Source: Phyllobates terribilis
Taxonomy: Eukaryota
Reading direction: 5' to 3'
Assembly: GCF_046119375.1 (NCBI RefSeq)
Contig: NW_027362763.1
Coordinates: forward strand, 141,856,001-141,920,000
DNA: 64,000 bases
The translations under genes were made by a program, and so were the position numbers. The notes below the pieces were generated by a model that was given only the letters and a program-made list of their open reading frames with translations, had not been told where the DNA came from and did not search any database. Below, piece after piece: positions 22,466 through 64,000 of the stretch. The stretch's first letter is position 1. Every line of letters begins with the position of its first letter.

Positions 22466-24095
22466 CAGTACAGACCAAATGTTTGGACACACCTTCTCAT
22501 TTAAAGATTTTTCTGTATTTTCATGACTATGAAATTTGTACATTCACACTGAAGGCATCAAAACTATGAATTAACACATGTGGAATTATATACTTAACAA
22601 AAAAGTGTGAAACAACTGAAAATATGTCTTATATTCTAGGTTCTTCAAAGTAGCCACCTTTTGCTTTGATGACTGCTTTGCACACTCTTGGCATTCTCTT
22701 GATGAGCTTCAAGAGGTAGTCACCGGAAATGGTTTTCACTTCACAGGTGTGCCCTGTCAGGTTTAATAAGTGGGATTTCTTGCCTTATAAATGGGGTTAG
22801 GACCATCAGTTGTGTTGTGCAGAAGTCAGGTGGATACACAGCTGATAGTCCTACTGAATAGACTGTTAGAATTAGTATTATGGCAAGAAAAAAGCAGCTA
22901 AGTAAAGAAAAACGAGTGGCCATCATTACTTTAAGAAATGAAGGTCAGTCAGTCTGAAAAATTGGGCAAACTTTGAAAGTGTCCCCAAATGCAGTTGCAA
23001 AAACCATCAAGCGCCACAAAGAAACTGGCTCACATGAGGACTGCCCCAGGAAAGGAAGACCAAGAGTCACCTCTGCTTCTGAGGATAAGTTTATCCGAGT
23101 CACCAGCCTCAGAAATCGCAGGTTAACAGCAGCTCAATTTAGAGACCAGGTCAATGCCACACAGAGTTCTAGCAGCAGATACATCTCTACAACAACTGTT
23201 AAGAGGAGACTTTGTGCAGCAGGCCTTCATGGTAAAATAGCTGCTAGGAAACCACTGCTAAGGACAGGCAACAAGCAGAAGAGACTTGTTTGGGCTAAAG
23301 AACACAAGGAATGGACATTAGACCAGTGGAAATCTGTGCTTTGGTCTGATGAGTCCAAATTTGAGATCTTTGGTTCCAACCACCGTGTCTTTGTGCGACG
23401 CAGAAAAGCTGAACGGATGGACTCTACATGCCTGGTTCCCACCGTGAAGCATGGAGGAGGAGGTGTGATGGTGTGGGGGTGCTTTGCTGGTGACACTGTT
23501 GGGGATTTATTCAAAATTGAAGGTATACTGAACCAGCATGGCTACCACAGCATCTTGCAGCGGCATGCTATTCCATCCGGTTTGCGTTTAGTTGGACCAT
23601 CATTTATTTTTCAACATGACAATGACCCCAAACACACCTCCAGGCTGTGTAAGGGCTATTTGACCAAGCAGGAGAGTGATGGGGTGCTACGCCAGATGAC
23701 CTGGCCTCCACAGTCACCAGACCTGAACCCAATCGAGATGGTTTGGGGTGAGCTGGAAAGCAGAGTGAAGGCAAAAGGGCCAACAAGTGCTAAGCATCTC
23801 TGGGAACTCCTTCAAGATTGTTGGAAGACCATTTCCGGTGACTACCTCTTGAAGCTCATCAAGAGAATGCCAAGAGTGTGCAAAGCAGTCATCAAAGCAA
23901 AAGGTGGCTACTTTGAAGAACCTAGAATATAAGACATATTTTCAGTTGTTTCACACTTTTTTGTTAAGTATATAATTCCACATGTGTTAATTCATAGTTT
24001 TGATGCCTTCAGTGTGAATGTACAATTTTCATAGTCAAGAAAATACAGAAAAATCTTTAAATGAGAAGGTGTGTCCAAACTATTGGTCTGTACTG
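22466..24095 (+). mobile_element. Full-length Tc1-like DD38E (Intruder-type) transposon copy B; transposase 22880-23932 with one premature stop
   Basis: 1630 bp, TA flanks, TIRs of about 268 bp. ATG at 22880 is in frame to TAA at 23932, with TGA at codon 26 where copy A has CGA. DESKF, HDND and NPIE motifs present. Confidence 0.96.
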
Positions 24096-24679
24096 TACCA
24101 CGGTATCAGAGACTGCAGAACCAACGGATTCACGATGATGCAGGTGGGTAACAGTGGAGTGACTTCTCAAAAACCCCCCTCCTCCACTTAGCGCCCCTCG
24201 CCTTCAAGCACTAGGTCCAGACCTCAAGATGGCTGTCGTCTTCCCCTTGGCAGGTAGCGAGGTGGAAGTTTTCAGACCGGAGCCGTCTCTTTTCAGCCCA
24301 ACAGAGTCTTCTCACCCCCAGATAGGCTCAGCCTGAAAATGTGGATTCCTTTGCAGGTTATCATATCAGGATGATGGGAGTTCTGCTCCAGTACGACCGC
24401 CCCGCTCTACAGCATAACCACGCTCCTCCTACCCTCGCTGACCTGTAACCTGCATCCGCAGGACGAGATCGACCTGGACGGCAAACAACGACCATTGAGA
24501 ACAATAGCTGAGGAACGTTCATCATACAATGAGAAGAATTAACCCTGGAAACGAGTGCAGCGAATAGTAATCCTATCGCGTGAGACGCAGCTTGTAAGTT
24601 TCCCTGCAGAACACACAATTTCCCCTATGGCATTCAAGAGGCACAGACAGAGTGTAGAAATAGAATCGGTTAATTGCAA

Positions 24680-24855
24680 TTTATTTTTGCACATTATTAC
24701 AATGATCTGCCATGTTTGCAGATATTGTTCTTGTGATTTACTGACCATTATTATCTTCGCTCCTCTACATACATCCAAGTGGAGAGCACGTTTTTTGGTT
24801 ATTGGATATGGAACAAGATGCACAGGAATAAGAGACCATTTATAAAATATTTATT
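24680..24855 (-). terminator. Two candidate CPSF3 polyadenylation signals (AATAAA at 24850-24855 and 24680-24685)
   Basis: Minus-strand AATAAA hexamers about 180 and 350 nt past the stop codon. Confidence 0.5.
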
Positions 24856-25032
24856 GTTCTTATTCACAGAGCCGGTTATCAGCGATTTCACCTATTTACA
24901 TCTTGGGACGAGATTTCGGAAATCACCTCTTGAAAGGAATCGTGAGCGCAATCACAAGCAAGCGGTAGGAACATTTAAAAAAAAAAAAAAAAAAAACTAG
25001 GAAAAACAAATAAAACACAGCGGAGTGACAAG

Positions 25033-62022
<36,990 letters not shown>

Positions 62023-62039
62023 CTTTACATCAGCCTCAT

Positions 62040-62260
62040 TTCCAGCTAGTCAGCCCGACTTCCGGTTGTTCTCCTTTCCCTCGATCAGTCCGTGTCTGAA
62101 TATCCTCCGCCACTTCCGGTGAACAGTCTTCTTCACTGTAAGGTTCCACATTCTTTTTACTCCCCGGCGCGGAGACGAGGATATGCCCGTTCTACGCTAG
62201 AGTGAGGGGCAGGAGAGGCTCGGTAGGCGAGCGGTGGGGGAAGGTAAAGTGCTGAATGCT
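62040..62260. promoter_or_regulatory. Bidirectional CPSF3/ITGB1BP1 promoter
   Basis: CpG-rich segment between divergent genes with two ETS/GABP sites ACTTCCGG (62058-62065, 62112-62119) and candidate plus-strand first-exon donors nearby. Confidence 0.75.
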
Positions 62261-62271
62261 GGGCAGGTAGC

Positions 62272-62532
62272 CATAGCGACCAATCAGGTTGCGGCTCTTA
62301 TCTTTGCAGCGCAGATTAGAACATGAAAGAAGTGATCCTATTGGTCCCGAGAACAGTTACAGCCACATTCAGATTGCAGCTCTTTTCTTTGCAGCATAGG
62401 GTAGAACATGAAAGAAGTGATCCTATTGGTCCTGATGGCCTTTACCCATAGAAACCAATCAAATTGCAGCTCTTTTCTTTGTAACGCAGGGTAAAACATG
62501 AAAGAAGTGATCCTATTGGTTGCTCTGGGTAA
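62272..62532. repeat. Three diverged units of about 90 bp, each with inverted CCAAT-like motifs
   Basis: Repeated block AACATGAAAGAAGTGATCCTATTGGT preceded by ACCAATCA-like sequence. Confidence 0.8.
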
Positions 62533-63289
62533 TCAATGCCCTATTTATGAGAAAGGCCTGGTACACTAGCTGGTGAGTTGCGTTCAAGAGCACGGGTCCG
62601 GGAATGTTTGTGAAGAGCGGGAGGAAGAATAATCCTCTCAGATTTTAATATTTTAAGTATTCCTGCAATATTTGAGGAGGGGTGTGGCCCCGATTCCCAA
62701 TCTCCCAACAGGGCCCCCAACTATCACGGGTCTAACAGAATTGGATTCATATGGACCAAAGAGAGCTGCCCATAGGCAGGAAATTGCAATAATCCCAGTT
62801 TGTTTTAGCATTGTGTTGTGTCTCCCGACACAGACTGATGTGCTGGTAAAATCCTTTTTTTTCCCTGAAAGTTCTGATGTAAAATCCTTTATTATGACAG
62901 TCATGAGGGTCCTGGCATTCAGACCCTCAACTATTAGATGGTGATGGCATATGCCAGTGACAAACCCTTTTACAATGAGGGTGTTTGCAAAAGGTAGCAT
63001 GAAAAAAGGAGAGAAACAAAAAAACATGTACACTTTTTCCTTTAAAAGTAACCCAAGTTAAAGCCCATTAAAGTGGTCGAAATAGAACAATATTTAAGAC
63101 ACAAAGTTATGCAGCAGAAAAAAAATATATATATATACAAGAAAAGATCTGGAACTATTTACAGGGATTGCAAACAGATAATACATAATAAATACCGTAT
63201 ATTCAGTGTATACACTGCTGAGCGCAGGGATATTCACAATCCAAATGTCTTTTCCCCACAGGACTTCCGGATGGACCTGAGATAAGAGA

Positions 63290-63361
63290 ATGTTCCGCAA
63301 GGGGAAAAAGAGGCACAGCAGCAGCAGCTCCCAGAGCAGCGAGATCAGCACCAAGAGTAAG
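63290..63361 (+). CDS. ITGB1BP1: Integrin beta-1-binding protein 1 (ICAP-1), first coding exon (MFRKGKKRHSSSSSQSSEISTKSK); gene continues beyond the window
   Basis: Recognised ICAP-1 N-terminus; acceptor ccccacag ends at 63261; GT donor at 63362; head-to-head with CPSF3. Confidence 0.95.
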
Positions 63362-64000
63362 GTCTGTGCTCCGTATCAGAAGCTTCCTTGTGTGTCAGGC
63401 TGCACAATAGAAGAAGGATTCGGTGCCGTGTTAGCTACAGCTAAACAGAGGACTTCCGCTACTTCTTCTGTTTATTTTTTTTAAACCTTTTTTTTCTTTA
63501 GCCGATTAAAAAAAAAATCCATGTTATTATTATTATTATTATTTATTATTATAGCGCCATTTATTCCATGGCTCTTTACATATGAGAAGGGGTATACATT
63601 ATAAAAACAAGTACAATAATCGTACACCATAGAAGTCGCTGACTGGTAAAGGAGGAGAGAGGACCCTGCTCGCGAGGGCTCACAGTCCATAAGGGATGGG
63701 TGAGGATACAGTATAAAAAATATCTTAAAAAATATTCTGCTTGCAGAACAGATTGACGCATTTCTGGCATCCACAGAGACGTTAAGTCATAGGCTCAGCC
63801 TATGATTAAGGGTTCGCTCACACGATAACAAATCAGTCCCATTCTCATCCAGGAGAGTGGGACAATTTTTCCTCACTTGACATCTGTTTATAATCCATTT
63901 TTTTTTTTACTCAGCAGCTATTAATCTTGTACAGGACCATTTATAGTTTCCTATGTTACAGAATTGTAATGTATCCTTAATAATCGGATGCCATACTGAT

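Noticed and set aside
21840-24360. Possible older retroelement fragment split by Tc1 copy B
   Set aside because: No convincing peptide motif in any frame; left unannotated.
62820-63000. Short hairpins and CTGA/TGATG motifs suggesting an intronic snoRNA
   Set aside because: No properly spaced C/D or H/ACA boxes could be assembled.

Overview
Vertebrate genomic DNA, very likely an anuran (frog); this is inferred from the repeat families and protein sequences. It covers the conserved ITGB1BP1-CPSF3-IAH1 block. IAH1 (minus strand, 6 coding exons, 237 aa) and CPSF3/CPSF73 (minus strand, 18 exons, 691 aa) are complete with GT-AG junctions throughout. The first coding exon of ITGB1BP1 (plus strand) lies head-to-head with CPSF3. 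The rest is dense, nested mobile DNA: two DD38E Tc1-like transposons, two decayed DIRS retrotransposons inside CPSF3 introns, hAT/Charlie, Tc2, T2/Kolobok-like and piggyBac-like non-autonomous elements, L1 remnants, a probable solo LTR and several minisatellites. The most unusual signals are: (1) a 2.07-kb insertion in a DIRS leader that is a near-perfect 993-bp-arm palindrome flanked by a 15-bp target-site duplication; (2) diagnostic ITR variants that appear swapped left-for-right between the two DIRS copies; (3) evidence for a hidden upstream non-coding IAH1 exon and promoter beyond a 3.6-kb G-rich VNTR; (4) a CpG-decayed hammerhead ribozyme relic. All TE family names come from motif recognition only; no database search was run.
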